A stretch of DNA of 61,196 nucleotides, from positions 1 to 61,196 of the IMG/VR virus record IMGVR_UViG_3300034068_000558. One strand, given 5' to 3'. The stretch's first letter is position 1; each line of letters begins with the position of its first letter. Origin of the DNA: a virus (Duplodnaviria; Caudoviricetes). Below, piece after piece: positions 37,552-46,706 of the stretch. Position numbers and translations under genes: made by a program. The notes under the pieces were generated by a model, which was not told the DNA's origin, did no database searches, and saw only the letters and a program-made list of their open reading frames with translations.

Positions 37552-37610
37552 TATTGAAGAATTGAAATAAAGTATTTGACAAACCGTAACCTTTACGGTT
37601 GTATCCCCAC

Positions 37611-37901
37611 ATGCCTCCACGTAAAGCTACTGTGCCAAAGCCACTAGAGCATTGGTTTAACGACATCGCTGCAATCACCCGACTACGAGAGATCCTTGAC
37701 GATCCCATCCTGCAAACTGCATGTGCTACTTTAACCAATGCAGCACAGCCGACTTACTCAAGTATTGTCGGTAGCTCCGGCAACAATGAACGCATCTGTT
37801 GGCTAGGCGGGTATACTGATTTCTACCGAGACCTACAGAAACTTACTAAATCTCCGACATCACGAAACAGTGTGCCGGAAGAATGGTCCCACATTGAATA
37901 A
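37611..37901 (+). CDS. Small head-region protein
   Basis: Lies between portal and scaffold; TTGACA at 37576. Confidence 0.65.
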   Translation: MPPRKATVPKPLEHWFNDIAAITRLREILDDPILQTACATLTNAAQPTYSSIVGSSGNNERICWLGGYTDFYRDLQKLTKSPTSRNSVPEEWSHIE

Positions 37902-37917
37902 TCTTCTACCATAAATT

Positions 37918-39027
37918 ATGAGCGCACCAGAAGCAGCACCAGTTGAAGCTCCAGCAATGGAGTCCGCACCATCCGATAACGGTGGGTTTGTTGAATCCCT
38001 CGATTCGTTTTTCGATTCGTTGGATAACCCACAGGCTGAAAGCCAAGCTCCTGCGGCACAAGCGGAAGCCCCGTTGGAAACACCTAAGTCCAACGACCCA
38101 CTGTCCGATCTTGACTTTGAGGACAACGCAAAGGACTGGACTCCTCAAGCAGCGCGGCGGTTCAAGGAACTCAAAGCGGAGTTGAAAACCTACAAGACCC
38201 GTGCGGACGAGCTTGAGCAAGATACGGCCCATAAAGCCAGCCGTTTGCAGGAACTTGAAGCCGTTGCCAACAATCCTGAATACGCCAACCTACAGGATCG
38301 TGTTGCTCAATACGAGCAGCAAATGATTGTTTCGAATCTGGAACAGAGTCAGGCGTACAAAAACCTTGTTGAGCTACCATTGGTGGCACTCGTCTCCGAG
38401 GCTGATGTTATTGCAGAGAAGTATTCAATTGACCCAAATCATTTGATTGAAGTTCTTGCCAATAGTGATGAGGCTTCGCAAGAAGAGCAGCTATCCGAGC
38501 TTCTCATTAACGCTAGCGACCGAGATAAGTTCCGTGTGTATAAGATCATCGAGGAGGTAGCTCCCATTTTGCAGCAGCGTCAAGTACTCCAAGAACACGC
38601 CGCAGAGGCTCTGCGTGAGGCTGAACATCTTCAGAGCCAGCAGGACCAACAACAACTCATTAACCGCACGCAGCAGCGTCAGGAAGCCGCTAATGCGGTT
38701 GCCGACAAACTACGCAGCAAAGTAGCGTTCCTCAGTGGCGTCGATGGCGTGGATCTGAACCAGCTTGCAAAAGAAGCGGCACAGATTGATCCTGCTACCC
38801 TTGACCATGTGAACAGCACGTACCAAGCAATGGCCGCGAAGCTGCTTCCTAAGATGGTTGGGCAATACATGAATCTCCAGAAAGAGATCGATGTGCTGAC
38901 TGAGAGGCTTGCAGACTACGACCGTTCGGCACCTAAAGCAGGAGGCGGGTCTTTGAATAATGGCTCCGCGCCTTCAGCACTTGATGGCAAATCCTTTGTT
39001 GATGCTGTTGCCGCCGCCTTCGGCTAA
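37918..39027 (+). CDS. Capsid scaffolding protein
   Basis: Acidic disordered N-terminus, long coiled coil, directly upstream of the major capsid gene. Confidence 0.8.
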   Translation: MSAPEAAPVEAPAMESAPSDNGGFVESLDSFFDSLDNPQAESQAPAAQAEAPLETPKSNDPLSDLDFEDNAKDWTPQAARRFKELKAELKTYKTRADELEQDTAHKASRLQELEAVANNPEYANLQDRVAQYEQQMIVSNLEQSQAYKNLVELPLVALVSEADVIAEKYSIDPNHLIEVLANSDEASQEEQLSELLINASDRDKFRVYKIIEEVAPILQQRQVLQEHAAEALREAEHLQSQQDQQQLINRTQQRQEAANAVADKLRSKVAFLSGVDGVDLNQLAKEAAQIDPATLDHVNSTYQAMAAKLLPKMVGQYMNLQKEIDVLTERLADYDRSAPKAGGGSLNNGSAPSALDGKSFVDAVAAAFG

Positions 39028-39038
39028 ATAAAAGTTAT

Positions 39039-39087
39039 AGCTTCGTATAAAATTTGAGTTGACAAGTAATCAGTTTTATACGAAGCT
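39039..39087. promoter_or_regulatory. 14-bp inverted repeat enclosing a TTGACA box upstream of the capsid gene
   Basis: AGCTTCGTATAAAA-21 nt-TTTTATACGAAGCT. Confidence 0.65.
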
Positions 39088-39284
39088 TCCTTCGACCTGA
39101 AACTTTACAACACTATTGGTTTGCTCCATACCGTCTCGCAAGAGAAAATTTGGTTCTAGTAGTTGGGTAGATCTAAAGGACAACTTGAAGCTTGGGCCTA
39201 TGCGCCTGTCGCCTGCTTCTGCGACAACCGTGTATTCTTCTTTAACTTTCAACAACCTTTTTAACTTCTTAACTAACTAATTTT

Positions 39285-40619
39285 ATGGCTGTAAACGCTG
39301 GACAAACTTTCTCGAATCCAACCGATTCGACCACCGCAATTGATACCATCCTCACTCAAGAGGCTAACCGTATCGGTCAAGACATCTATCGTCGTACCCT
39401 CCACACCTCCCCGTGGATGGACCTCATCAAGCAAACCTCCTTTCCTGACGGAATGGGCTACACCCTCGGCACGCTGATCTATGATCGTGCGCTCCCAACT
39501 ACCACCGCCAACGGCTCTACGCTTGCCGGAAGTTCAGTTTGGACTGGTGTTGGCACAAACGCGGCTGCTTCACTCGCTACTGGTAGCACCCTCGATCAGA
39601 TTCTTACCGGAGCACCAGACACCAATATCGGTGCCGGAACCGGTAAGAGTTTCCTTGCCTTCGGTCGTCAACTCAAACAGTACTCGCTGGAACGCGCCAC
39701 CGTTGAATCGCCTAAGATCAATGTCGAGGATCTCCGCTTCGCTGCTTACCGCACCGAACAACTTCGCGCCATCATGGATGCCATGACGGAGTCCACGAAG
39801 TATTCGTGGGAAGAGCGTTATCGCGATCAATACGACAAGGTATGTGGTAATATTGTTTTCTGTCTTGCCTCTGGCACCCCAACCGTTACGACTATTGATG
39901 TCTCGGCTGGCACAAAGAAAGAAGGAACGAGCACCGTTAGCATTGATACTAACAACGACTTTGTCTCTAGTGGGGTCGATGTTGATTATACCCCTACTGC
40001 CAACATCAGTAACAAGGTTCTTGACAGTGTCTACTTCAAGTTGGTCCGTGCTGGCGCGGGCACCAATGCTTATGGTCGTGAAAACGCTCGTCCTGTCTTC
40101 GCCCTTGTCTGCTCTTCGGAAGCATCCTACGCGCTGCAAACCGAAGCCGGATTCCGCGACGACGTTCGCTACAACAATGCAAAGGTCAGCGATCTGATTG
40201 CGCCATTGGGAATCGAGAAGTCCTTCCGTGGTTTCTACCACCTGATCGACGATCTTGCACCGCGCTTTACGGTTTCAACGGGCACTCTCACCCGCGTTCA
40301 ACCCTATACGGCTACTAGCGGTGTTATCACCCTGAACGCTTCGTATGAAACTGCTGACTACGAAGCCGCTTATGTGCTCCATCAAGACGTTATGGAAAGC
40401 CAGATCCCTGAGCCAATCAGCGGTTCCAACGGTCTGACCTTCGATCCCGTCAACTATCGCGGTAAGTTCAACTGGAAGAACATTCCTTCGGTTGACCTCA
40501 ACCCTGATGGCACGATTGGTTTCTTCCGTGGCGTTCTCGCCTCCGCTACGAAGCCGATCAAAACCGAGTTTGGTTATGTGTTCCTCTTCAAGCGGACCAG
40601 CACCACTCCTGCTGCCTAA
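39285..40619 (+). CDS. Major capsid protein
   Basis: 444 aa, follows the scaffold, biased codon usage, followed by a strong hairpin. Confidence 0.85.
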   Translation: MAVNAGQTFSNPTDSTTAIDTILTQEANRIGQDIYRRTLHTSPWMDLIKQTSFPDGMGYTLGTLIYDRALPTTTANGSTLAGSSVWTGVGTNAAASLATGSTLDQILTGAPDTNIGAGTGKSFLAFGRQLKQYSLERATVESPKINVEDLRFAAYRTEQLRAIMDAMTESTKYSWEERYRDQYDKVCGNIVFCLASGTPTVTTIDVSAGTKKEGTSTVSIDTNNDFVSSGVDVDYTPTANISNKVLDSVYFKLVRAGAGTNAYGRENARPVFALVCSSEASYALQTEAGFRDDVRYNNAKVSDLIAPLGIEKSFRGFYHLIDDLAPRFTVSTGTLTRVQPYTATSGVITLNASYETADYEAAYVLHQDVMESQIPEPISGSNGLTFDPVNYRGKFNWKNIPSVDLNPDGTIGFFRGVLASATKPIKTEFGYVFLFKRTSTTPAA

Positions 40620-40628
40620 ACCCTAAAC

Positions 40629-40673
40629 GCTAAGGGGTATCCTTAAACAAGATACCCCTTAGCTTCATCCTTT
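40629..40673 (+). terminator. Hairpin terminator after the capsid gene
   Basis: 13-bp stem GCTAAGGGGTATC/GATACCCCTTAGC with a weak U tract. Confidence 0.7.
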
Positions 40674-40687
40674 AACTTAATAAAACG

Positions 40688-41119
40688 ATGCCTACTTTAG
40701 ACGACCTGCCCACCCTCGCTCAAATTGCTGCGCCAACTGGCGACGACTTGTTCCCAATCTACGACTTGACGGCTGATGGCTCGTCCAAAGTGCGTAAGGT
40801 TTCTTTGAACCAGATCAACGGCCTCAGTGCTACTGATGTTGTTCTTGCTGCTGGCGACGCTGCCGTAGTTGCTACCCGACTTGTTATCTTCTCAGGTCGG
40901 ACTGCTGCAACTGCTGCAACTATTCCTGCTGCTTCTGGCGTTATTCGTGACCTCATTATCCAGAACGCTAACACGTTGTCTGGTGCTGTGACCGTCACCA
41001 GCCCGTCTACGAACATCTACACCTCTGCGTCTGCTTCTGCATCAGCTACAAGTGTTATTGCCATTGCCACTACTGCACGCTATCTTAGCGATGGCACCAA
41101 CTGGTATCGCACCCACTAA
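40688..41119 (+). CDS. Putative head decoration/fibre protein
   Basis: Ala/Thr-rich, ends SDGTNWY; follows the capsid gene. Confidence 0.6.
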   Translation: MPTLDDLPTLAQIAAPTGDDLFPIYDLTADGSSKVRKVSLNQINGLSATDVVLAAGDAAVVATRLVIFSGRTAATAATIPAASGVIRDLIIQNANTLSGAVTVTSPSTNIYTSASASASATSVIAIATTARYLSDGTNWYRTH

Positions 41120-41215
41120 GCCCCCATCCTGTATCCTGTTTCTCGACTCTTGCTTGCCGCACCCTATGCGGGGGCATCTTGAAACAGGGTGCAGGCCCCT
41201 TTCCTTTCTGAAATT

Positions 41216-41464
41216 ATGCCTGCTTACCTACCCATTCCCGAAGGACTTGAGATTCCAGAAGGCGAAACCTTTGATCTCGTAACTACGTATACCGTTGACG
41301 GCGGGCAGCTTTACCCACTCGCGGTTGGTGGCATTGCCTTCCCTGATATCGAGGCCCCTGAACAAGAAGAAGCCGAAGAGGAAATGCCCGAAGAGGAAAT
41401 GCCCGAAGGACCAAACTCCTTTGCTAGCGCAGTGGAGATGGCAATGAAGAAGCCAAAAATGTAA
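41216..41464 (+). CDS. Small acidic protein with a scaffold-like C-terminal motif
   Basis: EEEMPEEEMPE...SFASAVEMAM. Confidence 0.7.
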   Translation: MPAYLPIPEGLEIPEGETFDLVTTYTVDGGQLYPLAVGGIAFPDIEAPEQEEAEEEMPEEEMPEGPNSFASAVEMAMKKPKM

Positions 41465-41465
41465 A

Positions 41466-41627
41466 ATGTTTGAGCGTAGCTTTAACGCTGTGACTGGATC
41501 AGTGGCCCCCGCTTTGGGGGTCATTGTGTCGTTCCAAGAGCAACTTGACGCGCACCTACGCACGGCTTCTTTGTTTGTCGGCTTGCTTGTCGGGCTGATC
41601 TCTTTGTACAACATCTTGAGGAAATAA
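41466..41627 (+). CDS. Putative holin/antiholin (53 aa, two hydrophobic segments)
   Basis: Manual translation MFERSFNAVTGSVAPALGVIVSF...LFVGLLVGLISLYNILRK*. Confidence 0.6.
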   Translation: MFERSFNAVTGSVAPALGVIVSFQEQLDAHLRTASLFVGLLVGLISLYNILRK

Positions 41628-41634
41628 AAACCGC

Positions 41635-41663
41635 TTGACCAAAAGGTCGTAAAGGTGTAGTCT
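41635..41663 (+). promoter_or_regulatory. sigma70-type promoter of the lysis cassette
   Basis: TTGACC-17-TAGTCT. Confidence 0.6.
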
Positions 41664-41670
41664 TCTATTC

Positions 41671-41826
41671 ATGAAGACTACTATCCTCGGTTCCCTGACT
41701 ATCGTATCTGCTATTTGTTTTGCTGCCATCTCTTTCCTGAAGAGCGGAGCGTTTGATGTCGGCGTTCTGATTACTGGCGTTACAGCCGGAATCGGACTCA
41801 TCAAAGCCGCAGATGCAACCAAGTAA
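41671..41826 (+). CDS. Putative holin (51 aa, two TM segments)
   Basis: MKTTILGSLTIVSAICFAAISFL...GVTAGIGLIKAAD. Confidence 0.65.
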   Translation: MKTTILGSLTIVSAICFAAISFLKSGAFDVGVLITGVTAGIGLIKAADATK

Positions 41827-42045
41827 GTGAATGCCTTCCTTGCGTCACTCACCGCTTTTACCGCAGCGTGCAACGCATACTCTCAGTGGGTATCTTTGCA
41901 GCGCGAAGCAGAACTGGATGAAATTGAAGATGAACTGGATCGGCTCGCTTCTATTGGGGATGGCTCTAGCAAGTTGCGTATCGAGCGGCTCGCGCAACGC
42001 CTCCAACGAAAGCGCACTCTACGATCCGGTGACCGTGACGCTTAA
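41827..42045 (+). CDS. Putative inner-membrane spanin (Rz-like)
   Basis: Hydrophobic N-terminus plus coiled coil; overlaps the lipoprotein gene. Confidence 0.5.
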   Translation: MNAFLASLTAFTAACNAYSQWVSLQREAELDEIEDELDRLASIGDGSSKLRIERLAQRLQRKRTLRSGDRDA

Positions 42046-42163
42046 ACCGTCCGTTCGTTACCAATTCGTTGAGGGCGAACTAGAAGGACGCGGCCAGAAG
42101 TTCCATAGCCAGTACAGCTATGAGCGGGCCGTAATCATTGGCAACAAGAATCATAATTGGTAG
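41918..42163 (+). CDS. Putative outer-membrane spanin lipoprotein (Rz1-like)
   Basis: Signal peptide MKLKMNWIGSLLLGMALAS-C with lipobox, in the +1 frame. Confidence 0.6.
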   Translation: MKLKMNWIGSLLLGMALASCVSSGSRNASNESALYDPVTVTLKPSVRYQFVEGELEGRGQKFHSQYSYERAVIIGNKNHNW

Positions 42164-42164
42164 C

Positions 42165-42725
42165 ATGACGAAAAAACTAGTAGCTATTTGCGTCGGACAT
42201 AGCCGCGCTGGAGATAAAGGTGCGGTAAATACGGAAGGCGTTTCCGAATGGGCGTTCAACCAACCGCTTGCTAAACGTGTTTGTGAGCTAATCGAAGAGG
42301 CGGGCCACTCAGCAATTTTGATCGACCGCTATGAAGGATCAGGGTATAGCCCCGCAATGTTCTGGCTCGCTCGACGGTTGAAAGAGCTAAAAGTCGATGT
42401 CGCTATCGAACTTCACTTCAACGCAGCAGGCCCATTGGCTACTGGCTACGAGTTCCTGCACTGGTTCTGTAGCCCTAAAGGTCTTACTTTGGCTAGCAAA
42501 ATGAATAAGTCATTTGCCAAAGCGTTTCCTGAACAACGGAATCGGGGGCTCAAATCTATCGACGCGGCAGACCGTGGCGGTTTATTTTTGCGAAAGAGCC
42601 ACTGTCCCGCGCTTATATGCGAGCCTTTCTTCGGAAGCAATGCAAAAGATACCGCTTTTTTCTCTGCGCGTATGGAAGAACTAGCTGTTGTTTACGCTGC
42701 TGGGGTTATCAACTGGCTTGCGTAA
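42165..42725 (+). CDS. Endolysin, N-acetylmuramoyl-L-alanine amidase (Amidase_3)
   Basis: CVGH, E, ELHFNA, ICEPFFGSN. Confidence 0.9.
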   Translation: MTKKLVAICVGHSRAGDKGAVNTEGVSEWAFNQPLAKRVCELIEEAGHSAILIDRYEGSGYSPAMFWLARRLKELKVDVAIELHFNAAGPLATGYEFLHWFCSPKGLTLASKMNKSFAKAFPEQRNRGLKSIDAADRGGLFLRKSHCPALICEPFFGSNAKDTAFFSARMEELAVVYAAGVINWLA

Positions 42726-42739
42726 AGCAATAATCTTAG

Positions 42740-42768
42740 TTGACATTTTGTTTGTAGCGGAATATAGT
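42740..42768 (+). promoter_or_regulatory. sigma70-type promoter
   Basis: TTGACA-17-TATAGT. Confidence 0.75.
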
Positions 42769-42836
42769 TTTCGACGTAATGTCTGCTGCCCTCGACGTTT
42801 GATGCTCCCACAAACCCCAATACTTTAAACTGTTTT

Positions 42837-43115
42837 ATGACAAATAACACCGACAAACAATCCTTCGGAGAAGCCGGATGCCAAATCATTTCTGGAACCA
42901 CACAATCCCCTCCTGCTGGTGAATACTGCGCCGTTACTTTCGTGGTGGATTCTACAATTGCTACGGGCTTCTCCGCAGCCGAGGCTCCTTTATGGGGTGG
43001 CACGAAAACCGGAATCACATATCCTGCGGGCTTTACCGTTTTCACTCCCTTTGTAATCACCGCAAGCCCGACGGGCACCATCACCGGAACAGCAATCTTT
43101 TACAAAGCTATTTAA
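42837..43115 (+). CDS. Small structural protein
   Basis: Beta-rich 92-aa ORF among the fibre genes. Confidence 0.6.
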   Translation: MTNNTDKQSFGEAGCQIISGTTQSPPAGEYCAVTFVVDSTIATGFSAAEAPLWGGTKTGITYPAGFTVFTPFVITASPTGTITGTAIFYKAI

Positions 43116-43118
43116 CCT

Positions 43119-44123
43119 ATGCCCCTCGGACTAGGAAATAATTTGATTAAAAATGGGGTTGCGGGTAACCCCGATAAACTATCCCTCGACCTCCAGTTCG
43201 CCACGGACAAGGTGCTGACGGCTCGCAAAGGGCCGACTCCGGTGCTTACCCGTGCTTCGGTGGCTACGTTTATTGGGAGCAACGGTCTAATTCAAACCGC
43301 CATTGCCAACCAATCTCGTTTTGACCACGATCCCACCACGCTGGTTTGCAAAGGCTTACTCATTGAAGAGCAACGGACCAACGACATAAGGTCTAGCGCC
43401 GCTCCCGCTACACAAACGCGCACGGTTACGGCTGTTCCATATACGTTGAGCTTTTATGGGACGGGGACAATTGTTTTATCCGGTGTCCATGTAGCAACTG
43501 TTACAGGAACTGGAGCATACCCGACACGCACGACGCTTACGTTCACTCCAACGGCGGGAAGCCTTATATTGACAGTAACCGGATCAGTAACAAACGCACA
43601 ACTAGAGGCAGGCGCATTTGCAACTAGCTGGATTGCAACCCTAAGTTTTTCCAGTGTGACCCGCAGTGCGGATGTTTGCAGCATTACTAGTGCTGACTTC
43701 ACTGGGATGTATAACCAAACCGAGGGATCAATGCTTGTGAATGCCTTTACCCCGGCTATTGGGAACAGGAGTATTCTTTCATTGGACGACAACACGGCCA
43801 ATGAAATGGTCCGGCTTAGAACGGAGGGAACTGACCCATTTTTTAGGGTTACGGATGGGGGAAGCGATTTAGTAGCCATCGACTCTGGGGCGGTGGTTGC
43901 TAACACGGCTTTCAAGCTTGCGGGTGCATATAAGATAAACGACTTTGCATCTGTGATTAACGGCGGAACGGTTGGGACTGACGGCGCAGGGACCATCCCA
44001 ACGGTTGATCGTATGAGGATAGGTGCGGATCAAGCAGGGAACACCATGTGCGGGTGCGTCTCGTCGCTGAGATACTACAGAAAACGCCTGTCTAACGCAA
44101 AACTTCAAACACTTACAACATGA
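43119..44123 (+). CDS. Head spike/fibre protein with a LamG/ConA-like domain
   Basis: TRAS.AT, RFDHDP, GLLIEEQRTN, QLEAGAFATSWI, TRSAD. Confidence 0.8.
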   Translation: MPLGLGNNLIKNGVAGNPDKLSLDLQFATDKVLTARKGPTPVLTRASVATFIGSNGLIQTAIANQSRFDHDPTTLVCKGLLIEEQRTNDIRSSAAPATQTRTVTAVPYTLSFYGTGTIVLSGVHVATVTGTGAYPTRTTLTFTPTAGSLILTVTGSVTNAQLEAGAFATSWIATLSFSSVTRSADVCSITSADFTGMYNQTEGSMLVNAFTPAIGNRSILSLDDNTANEMVRLRTEGTDPFFRVTDGGSDLVAIDSGAVVANTAFKLAGAYKINDFASVINGGTVGTDGAGTIPTVDRMRIGADQAGNTMCGCVSSLRYYRKRLSNAKLQTLTT

Positions 44124-44437
44124 CCGACTACATTCTAAATTTCCCATCGAAAGCAATCGCAGAGCAATTTGGCATCGCCAATGGCTTTTCCTCGCTAGAC
44201 GAGAACGGTGGGGTGCAGTCGAATCTTGCGTCCCATGAACACGCGCTGTGTGTGGTTGGCGAATATGCCGGAACATGGTGGGTGTTATTCCGCGATCTCG
44301 TCGGCATTCCGATTCCTGAAGGTGGCGAGCAATTCATCTACTGGGCTTCAACTTGGACAGTTGACGATGAAGACGGCAATCCCGTCCAAGTCCAAAGACC
44401 GATCTCTGATGATGTCCCCAATATCTGGTGGGCTTAA
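44120..44437 (+). CDS. Spike-associated small protein
   Basis: ATGA-coupled to the spike gene. Confidence 0.6.
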   Translation: MTDYILNFPSKAIAEQFGIANGFSSLDENGGVQSNLASHEHALCVVGEYAGTWWVLFRDLVGIPIPEGGEQFIYWASTWTVDDEDGNPVQVQRPISDDVPNIWWA

Positions 44438-44439
44438 CC

Positions 44440-44468
44440 TTGACCCTGTATCATTAATCCTGTAAAGT
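44440..44468 (+). promoter_or_regulatory. sigma70-type promoter (leaderless)
   Basis: TTGACC-17-TAAAGT with the ATG 7 nt downstream. Confidence 0.65.
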
Positions 44469-44474
44469 CCACCA

Positions 44475-44822
44475 ATGCTCGCAGCCAATTACGACATTAC
44501 CCTTGACCGTGCAGCGGATTACAGCTTCGTTCTGACTATTAAGAATCAAGCGGGCACTGCCGTCAATATTACTGGCGCAGTGTTTTATGCTGATGTCCGT
44601 GAGGTTGCTTCGAAAAAAGAAGCACTTGATCTCACACCCACTATTACTGGCTCTGCCACTAACGGTCAAGTTCTCATTTCAATTACCAAAGCCCAAACCA
44701 AGACTTTGCGGGCTGGCAGAGGCCTCTACGAGTGGGACATATTCATGAATCTTAGTGGCTCTCGCACTAGGCTTCTTTACGGATCGCTTGTTGCACGCGA
44801 ACAAACTACCAACGACGCTTAA
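44475..44822 (+). CDS. Ig-like fibre adaptor protein (BppU-N-like)
   Basis: YDITLD...NITG...GQVLISIT..QT...YEWDI...RLLYG. Confidence 0.7.
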   Translation: MLAANYDITLDRAADYSFVLTIKNQAGTAVNITGAVFYADVREVASKKEALDLTPTITGSATNGQVLISITKAQTKTLRAGRGLYEWDIFMNLSGSRTRLLYGSLVAREQTTNDA

Positions 44823-44827
44823 TCATT

Positions 44828-46702
44828 ATGCCATCCGACACTTACACCCTTACTATTTCCGATGCTGGAGTCAGCACTCCGGCATCTCTTTCCGTTACAA
44901 ACGCTTCCGTCGCGACTGACGCGGCAATTGCGTTTAGTAAGCTGGCACCTCTGACCAACGGAAACATCCTTGTTGGCAATGGCTCTAATGCTGCCGCGTC
45001 CGTTGCGGTTACTGGTGATGTTGCCCTCTCCAATACCGGAGTTACTTCTATCGCAGCACTTGCGTTTAGTAAGCTGGCCCCTCTTACCAGCGGAAACATC
45101 CTTGTTGGCAATGGCTCTAATGCTGCCGCGTCCGTTGCGGTTACTGGTGACATCACCATCTCCAATGCCGGAGTTACGGCTATCGCGTCTGGGGCTATCG
45201 TAAATGCAGATGTCAACGCATCCGCCGCTATTGCTCACTCAAAGCTCGCCTCTATGTCGAGCGGTAACATCCTCGTCGGTAGCAGCGGCAGCGTCCCCAC
45301 GTCCGTTGCGGTTACCGGTGACGTTACTGTTTCTAGTGTTGGGGTTACTACGATTGCGAATGACGTTGTCACGTTCGCGAAGATGCAACCTGTATCCGGC
45401 TACACGCTTCTTGGAAAACCCACTACGAGTTCCGGAGACGCCACAGAGATTGGCTCCTCTTCCTTTATGCTAGAATCTGGCACAGGATTCCTGAGACAGG
45501 CAGATGCCTCCACCGCCAGAGCAGCTTTGGGTTTGGGTACTCTTGCCACACAAAACTCCGTAACGGCCTCTAGTGGCGGTACCGGACAGACTTCATATGC
45601 TGTCGGAGATATTCTGTATGCGAGCGGCTCTACGACCCTATCAAAACTCGCCAGTGGGGCGGCTAATACTGTGCTCCGCTCAACCGGAATTTCAACAGCT
45701 CCCTCATATGGGGCAGTCGTCCTTACGACGGATGTTTCAGGCACTTTGCCTGTAGCTAATGGTGGTACTGGTGTAACGACTTCGACTGGAAGTGGTGCTA
45801 ATGCATTAGCTACTTCTCCAACTTTAGTCACACCTATCTTGGGCACACCTACTTCTGGCACGCTTACTAGCTGCACTGGTTTGCCTCTAACTACTGGCGT
45901 CACTGGAACTCTGCCCGTCGCAAACGGTGGAACCGGAACCACTACCGGAGTTCCTGCTGAAATAGACACTCTTACTTTTGATACAACCCCCGCGTCGGGA
46001 ACAGGCGCATTAACGGCCGGCAAACTACGTTGGAATCAAATTGATAATACTTTAGATCTTAAACTTGCTGGCGATGTAACTCTTCAAATTGGGCAAGAGT
46101 CTAATCTATATTGCCATAATTCTGAAACTACAACAATTACTAATGGAACGGTTGTTTATATTTACGGATCTGACGGGACTCTTCCAGCAGTAATGCGAGC
46201 CACAAACGCCGACGTTACTTCCGATAAAGTTTTAGGCGTAGCTACTCAGGATATATCTAGCGCAGGTCAAGGTTATATTACTACCAAAGGTCTTGTAAGG
46301 GGCCTTGATACGTCTGGATTGGGTGTGGCAGGAACACCCGTATATCTTGGAACAACAGGAGCTTTAACGACTACTAAACCAGTATTCCCTGCGGGCGTTG
46401 TGCGTGTGGGTACTGTTGTGGTTTCAGATGTAGCTTCGGGAAGCATTTATGTCCAGCCCCAGATGTTCCAAGACAGCAGGACTTCTGGTCAATTCGCATG
46501 GGTTGGAAATGTAACTACTGGGCCAACTATTACCGTGTCGGGGTTGACTTCCGCCTCTAATGTAATTATCCAACAACGCGGCACGGCAACTATACTACCC
46601 CGCACATTTGGCGCACTTTGTAGCGCGGGCAGTTTTATTCCTTATGCAGATGCGGGAACGGCTTTAGACGCCAAACTTTTCTCATACATAGCCTTTATAT
46701 AA
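44828..46702 (+). CDS. Tail fibre protein with internal repeats
   Basis: Gly/Thr/Ser-rich; GTLPVANGGTG twice; KLA...GNILVG...SVAVTGD three times. Confidence 0.8.
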   Translation: MPSDTYTLTISDAGVSTPASLSVTNASVATDAAIAFSKLAPLTNGNILVGNGSNAAASVAVTGDVALSNTGVTSIAALAFSKLAPLTSGNILVGNGSNAAASVAVTGDITISNAGVTAIASGAIVNADVNASAAIAHSKLASMSSGNILVGSSGSVPTSVAVTGDVTVSSVGVTTIANDVVTFAKMQPVSGYTLLGKPTTSSGDATEIGSSSFMLESGTGFLRQADASTARAALGLGTLATQNSVTASSGGTGQTSYAVGDILYASGSTTLSKLASGAANTVLRSTGISTAPSYGAVVLTTDVSGTLPVANGGTGVTTSTGSGANALATSPTLVTPILGTPTSGTLTSCTGLPLTTGVTGTLPVANGGTGTTTGVPAEIDTLTFDTTPASGTGALTAGKLRWNQIDNTLDLKLAGDVTLQIGQESNLYCHNSETTTITNGTVVYIYGSDGTLPAVMRATNADVTSDKVLGVATQDISSAGQGYITTKGLVRGLDTSGLGVAGTPVYLGTTGALTTTKPVFPAGVVRVGTVVVSDVASGSIYVQPQMFQDSRTSGQFAWVGNVTTGPTITVSGLTSASNVIIQQRGTATILPRTFGALCSAGSFIPYADAGTALDAKLFSYIAFI

Positions 46703-46706
46703 AACT

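Noticed and set aside
39037-39089. loxP-like arms (ATAGCTTCGTATA ... TATACGAAG)
   Set aside because: The spacer is 27 bp rather than 8 and no tyrosine recombinase is visible; treated as a promoter-associated inverted repeat.
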